Assembly (NCBI GenBank): GCA_029941465.1
Contig: JAPYQN010000002.1
Location: forward strand, 548 to 64,547
From: Gammaproteobacteria bacterium
GTDB taxonomy: Bacteria; Pseudomonadota; Gammaproteobacteria; Steroidobacterales; UBA11654
DNA: 64,000 nucleotides
Reading direction: 5' to 3'
The notes below the pieces were generated by a model that worked only from the letters and a program-made list of their open reading frames with translations, was not told where the DNA came from and searched no databases. Position 1 is the first letter of the stretch. The number at the start of each line of letters is the position of its first letter. This document shows, one piece after another, positions 27,823 through 39,872 of this stretch. Both the position numbers and the translations under genes were made by a program.

Positions 27823-28440
27823 TCAGCTGATTTCAAGAGTTTTGATTGAAAATGTTGCCTGATAGTCAGTGCCAGTAATAACTATTTTTTTAGGAATCAT
27901 TAATTCATTGATGCTTTGGTATAAAGAAAAATCTACTTTATGATTATTAAGCTTGATTCTCAGAAGAAAACCATGCTGGTCCATAACCATATCATCAACT
28001 CCTTCAGAAGGAATTTTTGCTAATAATAAAGAGGATAGACTAAAGTTAAGTGAAGAAATTGTCTTTAGTTCATCCGCAGAAAAGTCTATACCTAATTCCA
28101 CAAACAATGAAGCTAGGTCAGTGCTTATGGAGGATAAGACCTGTTTACCAAAAAAATCTCTAAGAATGAGCATTTCCGCACTGTTTTGGTGATTAATTGT
28201 ATAGTTGCCTAAAAAACTATCTGTTGTGTTTTTGAAAGAAACTGAACCGCCAATAGAATAATCAGTAAGTGCAATAATTTTAGTCTGGTTGTCTTCCCAA
28301 TTAATTGTCTTATCAAAAGAGCCAATATTGTTGCAGCTAACAATGGTAAAGGTTGATAAAAATACTAGTGATAGTAATAAATAACGACTATTTGAAGCTA
28401 TTTTGAGTATAAAATAGTTTAAGCAATTTTTTTTACACAT
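27823..28440 (-). CDS. lolB: Outer-membrane lipoprotein LolB (probable)
   Basis: Lipobox ...FTIVSC, about 200 aa, in the conserved position divergent from prfA and upstream of prs. I prefer the ATG at 28440. The ORF is open to 28470, which would overlap prfA. Confidence 0.55.
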   Translation of the reverse strand: MCKKNCLNYFILKIASNSRYLLLSLVFLSTFTIVSCNNIGSFDKTINWEDNQTKIIALTDYSIGGSVSFKNTTDSFLGNYTINHQNSAEMLILRDFFGKQVLSSISTDLASLFVELGIDFSADELKTISSLNFSLSSLLLAKIPSEGVDDMVMDQHGFLLRIKLNNHKVDFSLYQSINELMIPKKIVITGTDYQATFSIKTLEIS

Positions 28441-28441
28441 T

Positions 28442-29524
28442 ATGAAAGATTCAATCATAAAAAAACTCAAGATTATTCAGGAAGAATACCATTCTATTGG
28501 AAATCAGTTATCAGATGAAGATATACAAAAAAATAATCAACTGATGATCCAACTCTCTAAAGAGTTTTCCAAAATAGAGCCTGTAGTAAAATTGTTTGAA
28601 CAATATCAGAATTTAGTTGAAGAAAAGAATAATGCGGTTAGTTTGATTGACGAAAAAGATGATGAACTCCGAGCATTGGCAGAGGAAGAAATTCATATTA
28701 TAGAAAATCAACTAACAGAAATAGAAGAACAAATTACGCCATTACTTCTCTCTAATGATCCAAGAGATCAAAGTAATGTATTTCTAGAGATTAGGGCGGG
28801 CACTGGTGGCGATGAAGCGGCAATTTTTGCCGGAGATATGTTTAGAATGTATGCCAGATATTGTGAAGAACAAAAATGGTCTATTGAAATTTTAAACCAA
28901 AGTGAGAGCGGGCAAGGAGGCTTTAAGGAGATCATAGCTCGTGTCATTGGTGAAAGTGTCTTCTCTAAACTTAAATTTGAATCGGGCACTCATCGTGTCC
29001 AGCGAATTCCAAAAACAGAATCTCAAGGTAGAATTCATACTTCTGCTTGTACGGTAGCTGTAATCCCAGAAGTTGATGAAGTGAATGAGATTGAAATCAA
29101 TACAAATGATCTCAGGATTGACACATACAGAGCATCAGGAGCTGGTGGTCAACATGTCAATAAAACTGACTCAGCAGTTCGATTAACACATATACCCACC
29201 GGGGTTGTTGCTGAATGTCAGGACAATAGATCACAACATAAGAATAAAGCTAAAGCCATAACATTACTCAAAGCTAGAATCTATGACATCGAACAAAAAA
29301 AGATTGCAGATCAACAAGCAGAGGAAAGAAAGATGCTTGTGGGTAGTGGGGATCGATCTGAAAGAATAAGAACCTATAACTTTCCTCAAGGAAGGATAAC
29401 AGATCATAGAATAGGTCTAACACTCTATAACTTGTCTGAAATTATGGAAGGAGATCTCCATAACTTAATTGATTCTTTAGCCCAAGAAAATGCAGCAAAA
29501 CAAATGTCTCAATTGGAAAATTAA
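28442..29524 (+). CDS. prfA: Peptide chain release factor 1
   Basis: It aligns with E. coli RF1 from residue 1. GGQ motif (SGAGGQHVNKT) and PxT motif (PKT) are present. 360 aa. Confidence 0.95.
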   Translation: MKDSIIKKLKIIQEEYHSIGNQLSDEDIQKNNQLMIQLSKEFSKIEPVVKLFEQYQNLVEEKNNAVSLIDEKDDELRALAEEEIHIIENQLTEIEEQITPLLLSNDPRDQSNVFLEIRAGTGGDEAAIFAGDMFRMYARYCEEQKWSIEILNQSESGQGGFKEIIARVIGESVFSKLKFESGTHRVQRIPKTESQGRIHTSACTVAVIPEVDEVNEIEINTNDLRIDTYRASGAGGQHVNKTDSAVRLTHIPTGVVAECQDNRSQHKNKAKAITLLKARIYDIEQKKIADQQAEERKMLVGSGDRSERIRTYNFPQGRITDHRIGLTLYNLSEIMEGDLHNLIDSLAQENAAKQMSQLEN

Positions 29525-29534
29525 CATATTGAAT

Positions 29535-30389
29535 ATGGATAATTTTACCAGTGATTTGATGCTTGATGAAGCGACTGATTTTCTATCCAAGATAACTAAA
29601 AACCCAAGATTGGAGTCAGAAGTATTGTTAGCAAAGATTCTAGATAAAGAGAGAGAAGATTTCTATAAAAGCAATATCCTAGTAGATGCAGCAACGTATC
29701 AGCATTTCAGAAACTTACTAAAAATCAGACATCAGGGCAAGCCCATAGCTTATATTGTTGGTAAAAAAGAATTTTGGTCATTATCATTTAAAATCAATGA
29801 GCATGTATTAATCCCTAGACCGGAAACTGAATATTTAGTTGAATGCTGCCTCTCATTGATGCAAGAAACAAATAGCTACAAACTCCTAGAATTGGGCACA
29901 GGATCAGGAGTAATATCAATAGCCTTGGCTAAAGAAAACCCTAATCTTGAAATCACAGCAGTGGATATCTCATTAAAAGCTTTGGAGCTGGCTAATGAAA
30001 ATGCACTCTCTCATAATATAAATAATATTGTGTTTAAAAAATCTAATTGGTTTGAAAATATTACTGAACAAGATTTTGATTTTATTATTAGCAACCCACC
30101 TTATGTGGATAAAACTCAACTGACAAAAAAAGAAATGATAAATCTAAAATATGAACCAGAGATAGCTCTTTTCTCTATGGATTCTGGAAAATCAGCCCTG
30201 CTTCATATAATCCATAAAAGTCATCTATTCCTAAATCAAGGAGGCACTCTAATAACAGAACACAGCTATAACCAAAAAGAATTTTGTCAAAATCAAATGC
30301 AAAAACAAGGGTTTATTAACATAAAAACTTTTGATGATTTAAGTTCTCACCCTAGGGTCTCAATGGGCTCAAAATCTAATTATGGATAA
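29535..30389 (+). CDS. prmC: Release-factor glutamine N5-methyltransferase PrmC (HemK)
   Basis: SAM motif LELGTGSGVISI and catalytic NPPY (SNPPYV). Located downstream of prfA. I prefer the ATG at 29535 over the overlapping 29490 start. Confidence 0.9.
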   Translation: MDNFTSDLMLDEATDFLSKITKNPRLESEVLLAKILDKEREDFYKSNILVDAATYQHFRNLLKIRHQGKPIAYIVGKKEFWSLSFKINEHVLIPRPETEYLVECCLSLMQETNSYKLLELGTGSGVISIALAKENPNLEITAVDISLKALELANENALSHNINNIVFKKSNWFENITEQDFDFIISNPPYVDKTQLTKKEMINLKYEPEIALFSMDSGKSALLHIIHKSHLFLNQGGTLITEHSYNQKEFCQNQMQKQGFINIKTFDDLSSHPRVSMGSKSNYG

Positions 30390-31116
30390 TCAGTTAAGAT
30401 ACAGCAGTCATACTAGACTAGAGGATTTTGGAGAACAATCACAAAATACACTGCTTAGAAGTTCAGTTCTGATTATTGGAGCTGGTGGCCTAGGTTCGAT
30501 AGCCAGTATTTATTTAACCACTTCGGGAATTGGTCAGATTACGGTTGTTGATTTTGATACGATTGATGAATCTAATCTTCCTAGACAGATATTATTTAAA
30601 GCTGATGACCTTGGGAAAAATAAAGCTTTAATTACAAAAAAAAGACTCATGGAATACAATTCAGAAGCCATCATCAATTCCATTGATAAAAAACTTTCAG
30701 AAGATGAAATGAAGAAGTTAATCAGTCATGTTGATATCGTTATAGACGCAACTGATAATTTAGAATCAAGATTGATGATTAACAAAATTTGTTACAACAT
30801 AAAAAAGCCCTTGATTGTAGGAGCGGCGATTAGATATGAAGGTCATGTACTTAAATTAAATAACACAAAAGATCATAACAGTTGCCTTAACTGTCTATAC
30901 AGTTCTAGTGATGAAAATTTAGAAAATTGTGAAGGCAATGGGATCATGTCACCAGTGGCAGGTATGATTGGCTCTATGATGGCAAACGAATGCATTAAAA
31001 CTCTTATTGGCATCAACAATAATAAAGAAAATACTATCTCAATCTTTGACTTAAAAAATAATATCTATCAGAGAATTAATATTCCTAAAAATAAGAAATG
31101 TTCAGTATGTTCTTAG
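30382..31116 (+). CDS. moeB: MoeB/ThiF-family adenylyltransferase
   Basis: Contains IIGAGGLGS (nucleotide loop), NLPRQ, and two CxxC pairs (CLNC, CSVC). 244 aa. It follows prmC, as in Pseudomonas. Confidence 0.7.
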   Translation: MDNQLRYSSHTRLEDFGEQSQNTLLRSSVLIIGAGGLGSIASIYLTTSGIGQITVVDFDTIDESNLPRQILFKADDLGKNKALITKKRLMEYNSEAIINSIDKKLSEDEMKKLISHVDIVIDATDNLESRLMINKICYNIKKPLIVGAAIRYEGHVLKLNNTKDHNSCLNCLYSSSDENLENCEGNGIMSPVAGMIGSMMANECIKTLIGINNNKENTISIFDLKNNIYQRINIPKNKKCSVCS

Positions 31117-31166
31117 AATTTCTTCGAATATACATCTATTTTCATTAATCTCCTGCTATTATCTAA

Positions 31167-32606
31167 TTAATGATTTGATAATATCTTAACCATTAAATCA
31201 TTAACAAGTTTAGGGTTTGCCTTACCTTGTGTCTTTTGCATTACCTTGCCAATTAAAAAACCAAGCACTTGTTCTTTGCCTGCTAGATATTGGTCTTTTT
31301 GTTCTTGATTTTCATTTAATACAGTTGTAATTACTTGCTCAATCTCATTTGTGTCTGAGATTTGCTCAAGCCCTTGTTCTTTGATTAATTCATCAACACT
31401 CATCTCACTTTCTATGAGTTGGCTAAATATATTTTTAGCAATTGTTGATGAAATTGTCCCATCATCAATTCTCTGTATTAACTGACTGACTGATTTTGCA
31501 CTGATTGGTAGGCTTGCTATGTCGATCTTATCTTTATTTAAAATAGCCATTACCTCAGTGATTAACCAATTAGCTAATAGCTGAGGATTACCATTATAGG
31601 TATTAAGAGCGTTTTCAAAATATTCAGCTAATTCTATATTTTTTGCTATTTCTGTTGCGTCAACATGTTTTATTGATAGTGTCTTGACATAACGATCAAC
31701 TTTTTGATCAAACAACTCTGGAAGTGATGAAGCAATCTTTTCTATAATCTTTTTATCAATTTTTACGGGCAACAAATCAGGATCTGGGAAATAACGATAA
31801 TCATTAGCCTCCTCTTTTGTTCTCATAGATCTGGTTTCCCCTGCATCAGAATCATACAAACGAGTTTCTTGGACCACAGAACCTCCTTGTTCTAGAATTT
31901 CCTTTTGTCGTTCAACTTCATAATTAATAGCATTCTCTATGAATCTAAATGAGTTAATATTTTTAATCTCAGCCCTGGTGCCTAGTTCAGTATTATCTTT
32001 TGGTTTTAATGAGACATTAGCGTCACATCTAAAAGAACCTTCCTGCATATTTCCATCTGAGATTTTAAGATAACGAACTAACTGATGTATTTTTTGCATA
32101 TATAAAATTGCCTCTTTTGCTGAACTAAGTTCAGGCTCTGATACAATTTCAAGCAAAGGGGTTCCAGCTCTATTTAAGTCGATGGCAGACGTGCCTGAAA
32201 ACTTATCATGAATCGATTTACCTGCATCCTCTTCGAGGTGAGCCCTGGTAATTCCTATTCTTTTTTCTATTCCATTATCTAGTGTAATAAACAACTGTCC
32301 ACCTGACACAATCGGCAACTCATACTGACTGATTTGATAACCTTTTGGCAAATCCGGGTAAAAATAGTTTTTTCTGGCAAAAATTGAAAGATCTGCTATT
32401 TCAGCATCAACTGCTAAGCCAAACTTAATCGCCATCATGACTGCTTCTTTATTTAAAACGGGTAAAACGCCGGGGTAACCAAGATCAATCAATGAAGCTT
32501 GTGTGTTTTGTTCTTTCCCATAAGTTGTGGATGCACTTGAAAATATTTTGCTGTCACACGCCAGTTGCACGTGAATTTCTAACCCTATGACAGTCTCCCA
32601 ATGCAT
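31167..32606 (-). CDS. gatB: Asp/Glu-tRNA amidotransferase subunit B
   Basis: The N-terminus is [15 protein letters not shown]. 479 aa. TAATG overlap with gatA. Confidence 0.95.
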   Translation of the reverse strand: MHWETVIGLEIHVQLACDSKIFSSASTTYGKEQNTQASLIDLGYPGVLPVLNKEAVMMAIKFGLAVDAEIADLSIFARKNYFYPDLPKGYQISQYELPIVSGGQLFITLDNGIEKRIGITRAHLEEDAGKSIHDKFSGTSAIDLNRAGTPLLEIVSEPELSSAKEAILYMQKIHQLVRYLKISDGNMQEGSFRCDANVSLKPKDNTELGTRAEIKNINSFRFIENAINYEVERQKEILEQGGSVVQETRLYDSDAGETRSMRTKEEANDYRYFPDPDLLPVKIDKKIIEKIASSLPELFDQKVDRYVKTLSIKHVDATEIAKNIELAEYFENALNTYNGNPQLLANWLITEVMAILNKDKIDIASLPISAKSVSQLIQRIDDGTISSTIAKNIFSQLIESEMSVDELIKEQGLEQISDTNEIEQVITTVLNENQEQKDQYLAGKEQVLGFLIGKVMQKTQGKANPKLVNDLMVKILSNH

Positions 32607-34075
32607 TAGTCATTATCCTCTGAACTCTTTAACAGCCGTGGCATAGCCTGATGCCAGTCTGTTACTTTCTGGTATTGATGAGTTAGGTTCAATAAATTGA
32701 GCTCCTTAAAATGAGGAGCAATAAGTTGCAGCCCATACGGTAAATCTTCAACAAAACCGATAGGGTGAGATATAGCTGGCAAACCTGCTAGATTTGCTGA
32801 GATTGTATAAATGTCATTCATATACATACTCACCGGATCATCTATTTTTTCGCCCAACTTAAATGCTGCTGTTTGGGTTGTTGGACCTAAGATGATATCT
32901 ACTGACTCAAAAGCTCTCGCAAAATCCTGATTGATTAATTGTCTTACTTTTTGGGCCTTTAAGTAATAAGCATCGTAATAACCTGTAGAAAGAACATAAG
33001 TTCCTGTTATGATTCTTCTTTTAACTTCTTGTCCAAACCCAATCTGACGATTGGTTCTGTAAAATTGATCAAGATCTTCAATATTTTGCGAGCGATAACC
33101 AAAACGCACTCCATCATACCTAGCAAGATTTGAAGAACATTCTGCAGGAGCTACAACATAATAGGTAGGCACTGAGTATCCAATATTTGGTAAACTAATT
33201 TCTTTAAATACAATGCCTAGTTTTTTGTAGTTATCAATACTCTCCGCAATTAGAGCTTCATAAGCACTACCTAAACTGCCATCAAAAAATTCTTTGGGCA
33301 ATCCGATAATTTTACCTTTAATATTTTCTTCAAGATACTGACTGTATTGAGGCACAGGTTCTTCAACAGATGTTGAATCAAGAGGGTCAAAACCAGCCAT
33401 AGACTCCAAGAATATAGCCGTATCTTCTGCTGATAGGGCCAAAATTCCTGCTTGATCGAGGCTTGAAGCAAAAGCCACCATGCCGTATCTTGAGCAGCGT
33501 CCGTAAGTTGGTTTAAGGCCTGTGATACCTGTAAAAGCAGCAGGTTGTCTAATTGAGCCTCCCGTGTCTGTGCCTAAAGCAATTGGTGCAAGACCGGCTG
33601 CAACTGCAGCAGCTGAGCCTCCTGAAGAACCACCAGGAGTCCTCTCTATGTCCCATGGATTATGAACAGAACCAAAATAACTGGTTTCATTTGAGGAGCC
33701 CATGGCAAATTCATCCATATTGGTTTTTCCCAGTAACACTGCGCCTTGTTTCTTAAGCCTTCTAACCACTGTTGCATCATAGGGCGGTATAAAATTCTCA
33801 AGCATCTTTGAACCACATGTGGTTTTTATGCCTTGCGTACAAAAAATATCTTTTGCTGCATAAGGAATCCCCGTAAGTGCAGAATCAATTGGTGACTCCT
33901 GATCTTGATCATCACTCATATATGCAGCATTGGGTTGAATATCAGTTGTAATGAAAGCATTGAGCGATTGATCGTAATCAGCAATTCTAGAACTATATAA
34001 ATCAAACAGTTCGGCTGCGCTAATTTGCTTATCTGAAAGCATATTTTGAATTGCTTTTACAGTAAATCTTTCCAT
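32606..34075 (-). CDS. gatA: Asp/Glu-tRNA amidotransferase subunit A
   Basis: Amidase signature [14 protein letters not shown] and the KDIF/TTCGS region. 489 aa. Confidence 0.95.
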   Translation of the reverse strand: MERFTVKAIQNMLSDKQISAAELFDLYSSRIADYDQSLNAFITTDIQPNAAYMSDDQDQESPIDSALTGIPYAAKDIFCTQGIKTTCGSKMLENFIPPYDATVVRRLKKQGAVLLGKTNMDEFAMGSSNETSYFGSVHNPWDIERTPGGSSGGSAAAVAAGLAPIALGTDTGGSIRQPAAFTGITGLKPTYGRCSRYGMVAFASSLDQAGILALSAEDTAIFLESMAGFDPLDSTSVEEPVPQYSQYLEENIKGKIIGLPKEFFDGSLGSAYEALIAESIDNYKKLGIVFKEISLPNIGYSVPTYYVVAPAECSSNLARYDGVRFGYRSQNIEDLDQFYRTNRQIGFGQEVKRRIITGTYVLSTGYYDAYYLKAQKVRQLINQDFARAFESVDIILGPTTQTAAFKLGEKIDDPVSMYMNDIYTISANLAGLPAISHPIGFVEDLPYGLQLIAPHFKELNLLNLTHQYQKVTDWHQAMPRLLKSSEDND

Positions 34076-34101
34076 AGAATCAATTTGATTTCTTTCGATC
34101 T

Positions 34102-34389
34102 TTATTCAATAACTTTGGGTACTTTGTAGAATCCTTCTTCTACATGTGATGAATTCTTTTGATAAATATCGCGGTGATTGGTCTCAGTCACAATGTCTTC
34201 CCGTAAACGTTGATGCATGTCTAAAGGATGGGCCATGGGTATAATTTCATTCGTGTCCGCTGATTGAAGTTGCTCAATCATTTCCAATATATCTGTCATT
34301 TGTTGAAGATAAATTGGAACTTCATCATCGTCCAAATTGAGTTTAGACAACCCACAAAGATGCTCGATATCAGATTTAGTAATAGTCAT
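34102..34389 (-). CDS. gatC: Asp/Glu-tRNA amidotransferase subunit C
   Basis: 95 aa and first gene of the gatCAB order. Contains the typical I.HLA.L..L-like start ([16 protein letters not shown]). Confidence 0.9.
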   Translation of the reverse strand: MTITKSDIEHLCGLSKLNLDDDEVPIYLQQMTDILEMIEQLQSADTNEIIPMAHPLDMHQRLREDIVTETNHRDIYQKNSSHVEEGFYKVPKVIE

Positions 34390-34496
34390 TAATTAAATTT
34401 ATTAAAAAAGTATTAAGTTATGATAACTTCCAGTTGCTCAAAATCCTACACGTTGTTAGAGTATTCTTTCTACCGTATTTTTTTTAAACCAACTAA

Positions 34497-35543
<1,047 letters not shown>

Positions 35544-35580
35544 TTGCCTAGAGAATCAATAATAACGGATGAGTTAAAAC

Positions 35581-36429
35581 ATGCCGTTACATCCACAACA
35601 AAGAATAAATAGATTTGAAAAAAACTTCTCTGCTTATCGCCTGCTCATAGTTGTCATTATATCTTGCGTATTGATGTACCAGGATTACCAGAAAAATTAC
35701 CTCTCTGCATTAAGAGTTTATCTCTCTGCATCACTCTACCCAGCACAATATCTAATTAATCTACCGAAAAATTTTATACAGAAATTGAATACAAATTTCT
35801 CTGAACGGGAGCAGCTTCTGCAAGAGAATAAATTCTTAAAAAAAGATAATTTTGAGCTTAGATCAAAAATTCAACAAGTTTATAAGCTAGAGTCTGAAAA
35901 TAAAAGACTCTATGCTCTTCTTGATTCACAACCAAAAAAAGATAATAACTATATTTTTGCAGATATCATTGCCGTTAGTCCTATAGCTGAGAAGCATCAA
36001 ATAATAATTAATAAAGGGAGTAGAGATGATATTGTCGTTGGTTCAGCAGTGGCTGATAGCAATGGGATTTTGGGTCATATAATACGTGATCAAATCTTTG
36101 GGTCAGAAGTGTTATTGATCAGTGATCGTGAACACGCCATACCTATAGAGATCGTAAGAACTAGCCTTAGAAGTATTGCTGTGGGTATAGGGAATTACAA
36201 TGAACTTAGAATCAATACATTGCCAACAAACACGGACGTCAAAAAAGGAGATGTCCTTATCACGTCTGGTCTAGGTGGACGATACCCTGAAGGCTTTCCA
36301 GTTGGAACAGTAAAAGATGTTATCAATAATCCAGGGGAATCATTTCTAGAAATTAGTGTTACACCTTTTGGTAATTTGAAAACTGTTAATGAAATTTGGG
36401 TAATCCAACCAACAGAGGGTAACCAATGA
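35581..36429 (+). CDS. mreC: Rod-shape protein MreC
   Basis: N-terminal TM segment, coiled-coil region (LLQENKFLKKDNFELRSKIQ), and C-terminal beta domains (GDVLITSGLGGRYPEGFPVG). Confidence 0.85.
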   Translation: MPLHPQQRINRFEKNFSAYRLLIVVIISCVLMYQDYQKNYLSALRVYLSASLYPAQYLINLPKNFIQKLNTNFSEREQLLQENKFLKKDNFELRSKIQQVYKLESENKRLYALLDSQPKKDNNYIFADIIAVSPIAEKHQIIINKGSRDDIVVGSAVADSNGILGHIIRDQIFGSEVLLISDREHAIPIEIVRTSLRSIAVGIGNYNELRINTLPTNTDVKKGDVLITSGLGGRYPEGFPVGTVKDVINNPGESFLEISVTPFGNLKTVNEIWVIQPTEGNQ

Positions 36430-36908
36430 ACCATCAACTAAGAAATTTATTTTTTATTTGGTCAATGATTTTGTTATCAATTATTTTAATGGTCATACCT
36501 TTGCCTGATGTCTTAGATCAATATAGGCTTCCATGGTTAAAGATGGCAGTAATATTCTTTTCAATATTTAATATTTCACTTATTGGAATAATCTCAGTCT
36601 GGTTTTCTGGGTTAATTCTAGACATTATGAGTGGGAGTCTAATGGGGGAAAATGCCTTAATACTAGCTGTGCTCTCTTACCTTTCTTATCGTTTTAGATT
36701 TCAGATTAGAATTTATCCAATGTGGCAGATTATGATTGTTGTTTTAATGCTATTGTCCTTGGGTGAGTTTATTACTCTATGGATTCATGGGGTAAGCGGC
36801 ACTATGTTTTTCAATATTTATGATTGGATTAATGTTGGTATCGCTGTTCTTGTTTGGCCAATATTTATGAGGGTTCTTGAAAAAATGCAATCCTTATTCC
36901 TAGAATAG
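36426..36908 (+). CDS. mreD: Rod-shape protein MreD
   Basis: 160 aa and polytopic. ATGA overlap with mreC, in the conserved position. Confidence 0.75.
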   Translation: MNHQLRNLFFIWSMILLSIILMVIPLPDVLDQYRLPWLKMAVIFFSIFNISLIGIISVWFSGLILDIMSGSLMGENALILAVLSYLSYRFRFQIRIYPMWQIMIVVLMLLSLGEFITLWIHGVSGTMFFNIYDWINVGIAVLVWPIFMRVLEKMQSLFLE

Positions 36909-36916
36909 TAACAACT

Positions 36917-38770
36917 ATGGAATTCAAATCTCCAAATACCCAAGAAGTAGAAAAAGAAGTCTTCCTTTCTAGAATTCTATTTTGCTCTATTGCTATATTG
37001 ATTCTGGCAACAATTATTATTACGCGTCTATTCTTTTTAATGGTGATCGAGTCTGATCAATATAAACTAAGATCTTTGAATAACACCATAAGGATGCAAT
37101 CACTCCCAGCATCAAGGGGTTTAATTTATGATAGAAATAAAAATGTTATAGCCAATAACCAGCCTATCTTTCAGTTAGAAATGATCCCTGAACAAGTTCT
37201 TGATATAGACACATCTCTAGAACAACTAGCAGACTTGGATCTTATTAAAAAAAATAATATTGATAACATCAAGCAAAGAATTGATAAAAATCTGCAATTT
37301 AAAAGCATTGTTTTAAGAAGAAATCTAAGTGAAAGAGAAGTCGCCGTGTTCGCAAATAATCGGATTAATTTTAAAGGAATTGATATCAAGTCCAGGTTAT
37401 CTAGGCATTACCCTAAAGGTGAAATATTCTCACATGCCTTAGGTTATGTAGGGTCTATATCAAGTGGAGATTATTCTCGTTTCGACCCTAGTTTTTATAC
37501 TGGTAAAGAGCAAATTGGGAAAACATCAATTGAGAGAAATTATGAACCCTATCTAAGAGGCAAACCAGGTAATCAAAAACTGTTGGTTAATGTTAGGGGC
37601 AGAATAATGGAAAGGATTGATCAGAATCCATTTCTACCAGGCAATAACCTTATATTGACTATTGATAGTGAACTCCAAGAAGCTGCTTACAAGGCCATGG
37701 GTAAGCAAAAAGGAGCTGTGGTTATTCTAGATGCTTCAAATGGAGAAATACTAGTGATGTTAAGTTCTCCAAGCTTTGATCCAAATAAATTAAGCTTTGG
37801 ATTAACCCAAAAAGAATTTAATACGTTAAGCAAAAATAAAAATAAACCATTATTTAATAGGGCTATAGCAGGTCAATATCCTCCTGGTTCAACCATTAAA
37901 CCTATGATTGCATTGGGTGCACTTGAAATGGGAATTATCGATCCGGATGTTTTCATGCCATGTGAAGGTAGATTTTTTCTTCCAAATTACTCTCGCCCAT
38001 TTAATGATTGGTCAACACATGGAGCAGTTAATGTTGTCAGAGCCATTCAAGCATCTTGTGATGTTTACTTTTATAACATAGCGAATGAAATGGGGATTGA
38101 TAAAATGAGTTACTTCTTAAAACAATTCAATTTGGGTGCATCAACTCAAGTTGATATTGACTCCGAGAAAAATGGTGTGATGCCTGATAAAGAATGGAAG
38201 AAAAATAATTTTACTTCCAGAGAAAATCAAACTTGGTATAAAGGTGAAACTGTGATTGCTGGAATCGGTCAAGGGTATATGTTAGTAACACCTCTTCAAT
38301 TAGCTTTAGCAACAGCTATTATTGCGAATAAAGGTACAGCACATAAGCCTCATATGTTAAAAGCAATTGAGTACACCAATAGTGGGAAAATTCAGTATCT
38401 AGAATCAGAGAGTATTGATTATATCAATTATATTGATGACAAAAATTGGAACCTAATTCATGAAGGCATGGAAGCGGTCGTTAATGAAAGAAGGGGGACT
38501 GCATATGGTATTTTCCCTGCTAATTCCTCAATTGCGGGGAAGACAGGCAGCTCTCAAGTTTTTAGCATCGATAAGAGAAGCAGCAATGAAGTTCCAGAAG
38601 AGCTTAGGGATCATGGTCTATTCATTGGCTTTGCTCCCATTGATAAACCGGAAATCATTGTTTCTATTATAGTTGAAAATGGCGGTGGAGGAAGAGTAGC
38701 TGCTGCTCCGGTTGCTGAGAAAATCTTCGCCTCATATTTAGAAGGTAGCGAAACGAATAATGCAAACTAA
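36917..38770 (+). CDS. mrdA: Penicillin-binding protein 2 (elongasome transpeptidase)
   Basis: SxxK (PPGSTIKP), SxD (ASCD) and KTG (AGKTGSSQ) motifs. 617 aa. Followed by rodA. Confidence 0.9.
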   Translation: MEFKSPNTQEVEKEVFLSRILFCSIAILILATIIITRLFFLMVIESDQYKLRSLNNTIRMQSLPASRGLIYDRNKNVIANNQPIFQLEMIPEQVLDIDTSLEQLADLDLIKKNNIDNIKQRIDKNLQFKSIVLRRNLSEREVAVFANNRINFKGIDIKSRLSRHYPKGEIFSHALGYVGSISSGDYSRFDPSFYTGKEQIGKTSIERNYEPYLRGKPGNQKLLVNVRGRIMERIDQNPFLPGNNLILTIDSELQEAAYKAMGKQKGAVVILDASNGEILVMLSSPSFDPNKLSFGLTQKEFNTLSKNKNKPLFNRAIAGQYPPGSTIKPMIALGALEMGIIDPDVFMPCEGRFFLPNYSRPFNDWSTHGAVNVVRAIQASCDVYFYNIANEMGIDKMSYFLKQFNLGASTQVDIDSEKNGVMPDKEWKKNNFTSRENQTWYKGETVIAGIGQGYMLVTPLQLALATAIIANKGTAHKPHMLKAIEYTNSGKIQYLESESIDYINYIDDKNWNLIHEGMEAVVNERRGTAYGIFPANSSIAGKTGSSQVFSIDKRSSNEVPEELRDHGLFIGFAPIDKPEIIVSIIVENGGGGRVAAAPVAEKIFASYLEGSETNNAN

Positions 38771-39872
38771 CCAATTTCAATTAAAAACTGGGAATATACT
38801 TGCAGATAGGGCTCACATTGATATGCCTCTACTCTCAGCTTTTTTTATTATCTTTCTAATTAGTGGTATTGCCATGTTCAGTGCCTCAAATGGTAACAGT
38901 AATTTTGTTATTGATCACAGCATCAATATTGCTGTATCTATTGTTGCTATGACCATCGCTGCTCAGTTAAGCCCTATATCCTATGAAAGAATAGCCCCTT
39001 GGCTCTATTTTCTATGCTTAATGCTTTTAATTATGGTCTTAGTATTTGGAGAAACAAGAAATAATGCTACGAGGTGGCTTAATCTTGGTATCACCTTTCA
39101 ACCTTCTGAATTAATGAAAATAGCAATGCCCTTAATGATAGCTCGTTACATAGCAACTGGAACCCTACCACCAACAAATATTTCTATTTTCATCTCCTTA
39201 CTAATTGTTCTCTTACCAACAGCTATGATTTTATTACAACCAGATCTAGGCACTTCTATTCTGATTGCCTTCTCTGGATTGGTGGTTGTGTTCTTGTCAG
39301 GTATAAAAAAAAGGTACTTGTTCACGGGCCTACTCCTCTTTATAGCAAGCCTTCCCTTTATATGGAGAAATATCCATCCCTTTCAGCAAAAACGAGTTCT
39401 AACTTTTTTAGATCCTGGCCAAGATCCTTTAGGGGCAGGTTATCACATCATTCAGTCAAAGATTGCAATTGGCTCGGGTGGGCTATTTGGAAAAGGATGG
39501 ATGAAGGGAACACAAGGGCAACTTGATTTCCTACCTGAGCGAACCACTGATTTTGTGTTCTCTATTCTTGCTGAAGAATTTGGATTAATAGGAGTGGTAA
39601 TTATTGTCATAGTCTATTTATTTATCGTTGGTAGAGGTTTATTAATAGCTATTAACTCACAAGATCTTTTTTCTAGACTAGTTGCATCAAGCATCAGTCT
39701 GACTTTCTTTATTTATGTTTTTGTAAACATAGGTATGACCACAGGCATACTACCTGTTGTAGGAGTGCCCTTACCACTAATAAGTAAAGGGGGAACGTCG
39801 AGTGTAACGTTAATGATTGGCTTAGGTATACTGATGTCAATCAGAACACATAAACGACTTATATCAAAATGA
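38760..39872 (+). CDS. rodA: SEDS-family peptidoglycan polymerase RodA
   Basis: 10-TM SEDS pattern: QPSELMKIA, IAIGSGGLFGKGW, PERTTDFVFSILAEEFG. Confidence 0.9.
   Translation: MQTNQFQLKTGNILADRAHIDMPLLSAFFIIFLISGIAMFSASNGNSNFVIDHSINIAVSIVAMTIAAQLSPISYERIAPWLYFLCLMLLIMVLVFGETRNNATRWLNLGITFQPSELMKIAMPLMIARYIATGTLPPTNISIFISLLIVLLPTAMILLQPDLGTSILIAFSGLVVVFLSGIKKRYLFTGLLLFIASLPFIWRNIHPFQQKRVLTFLDPGQDPLGAGYHIIQSKIAIGSGGLFGKGWMKGTQGQLDFLPERTTDFVFSILAEEFGLIGVVIIVIVYLFIVGRGLLIAINSQDLFSRLVASSISLTFFIYVFVNIGMTTGILPVVGVPLPLISKGGTSSVTLMIGLGILMSIRTHKRLISK

Noticed and set aside
29005-29013. The RF1 stop-codon recognition tripeptide reads PKT rather than the PAT/PVT I remember.
   Set aside because: The middle position of the PxT motif is variable, and the rest of RF1 is canonical. 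There is no basis for inferring altered decoding.
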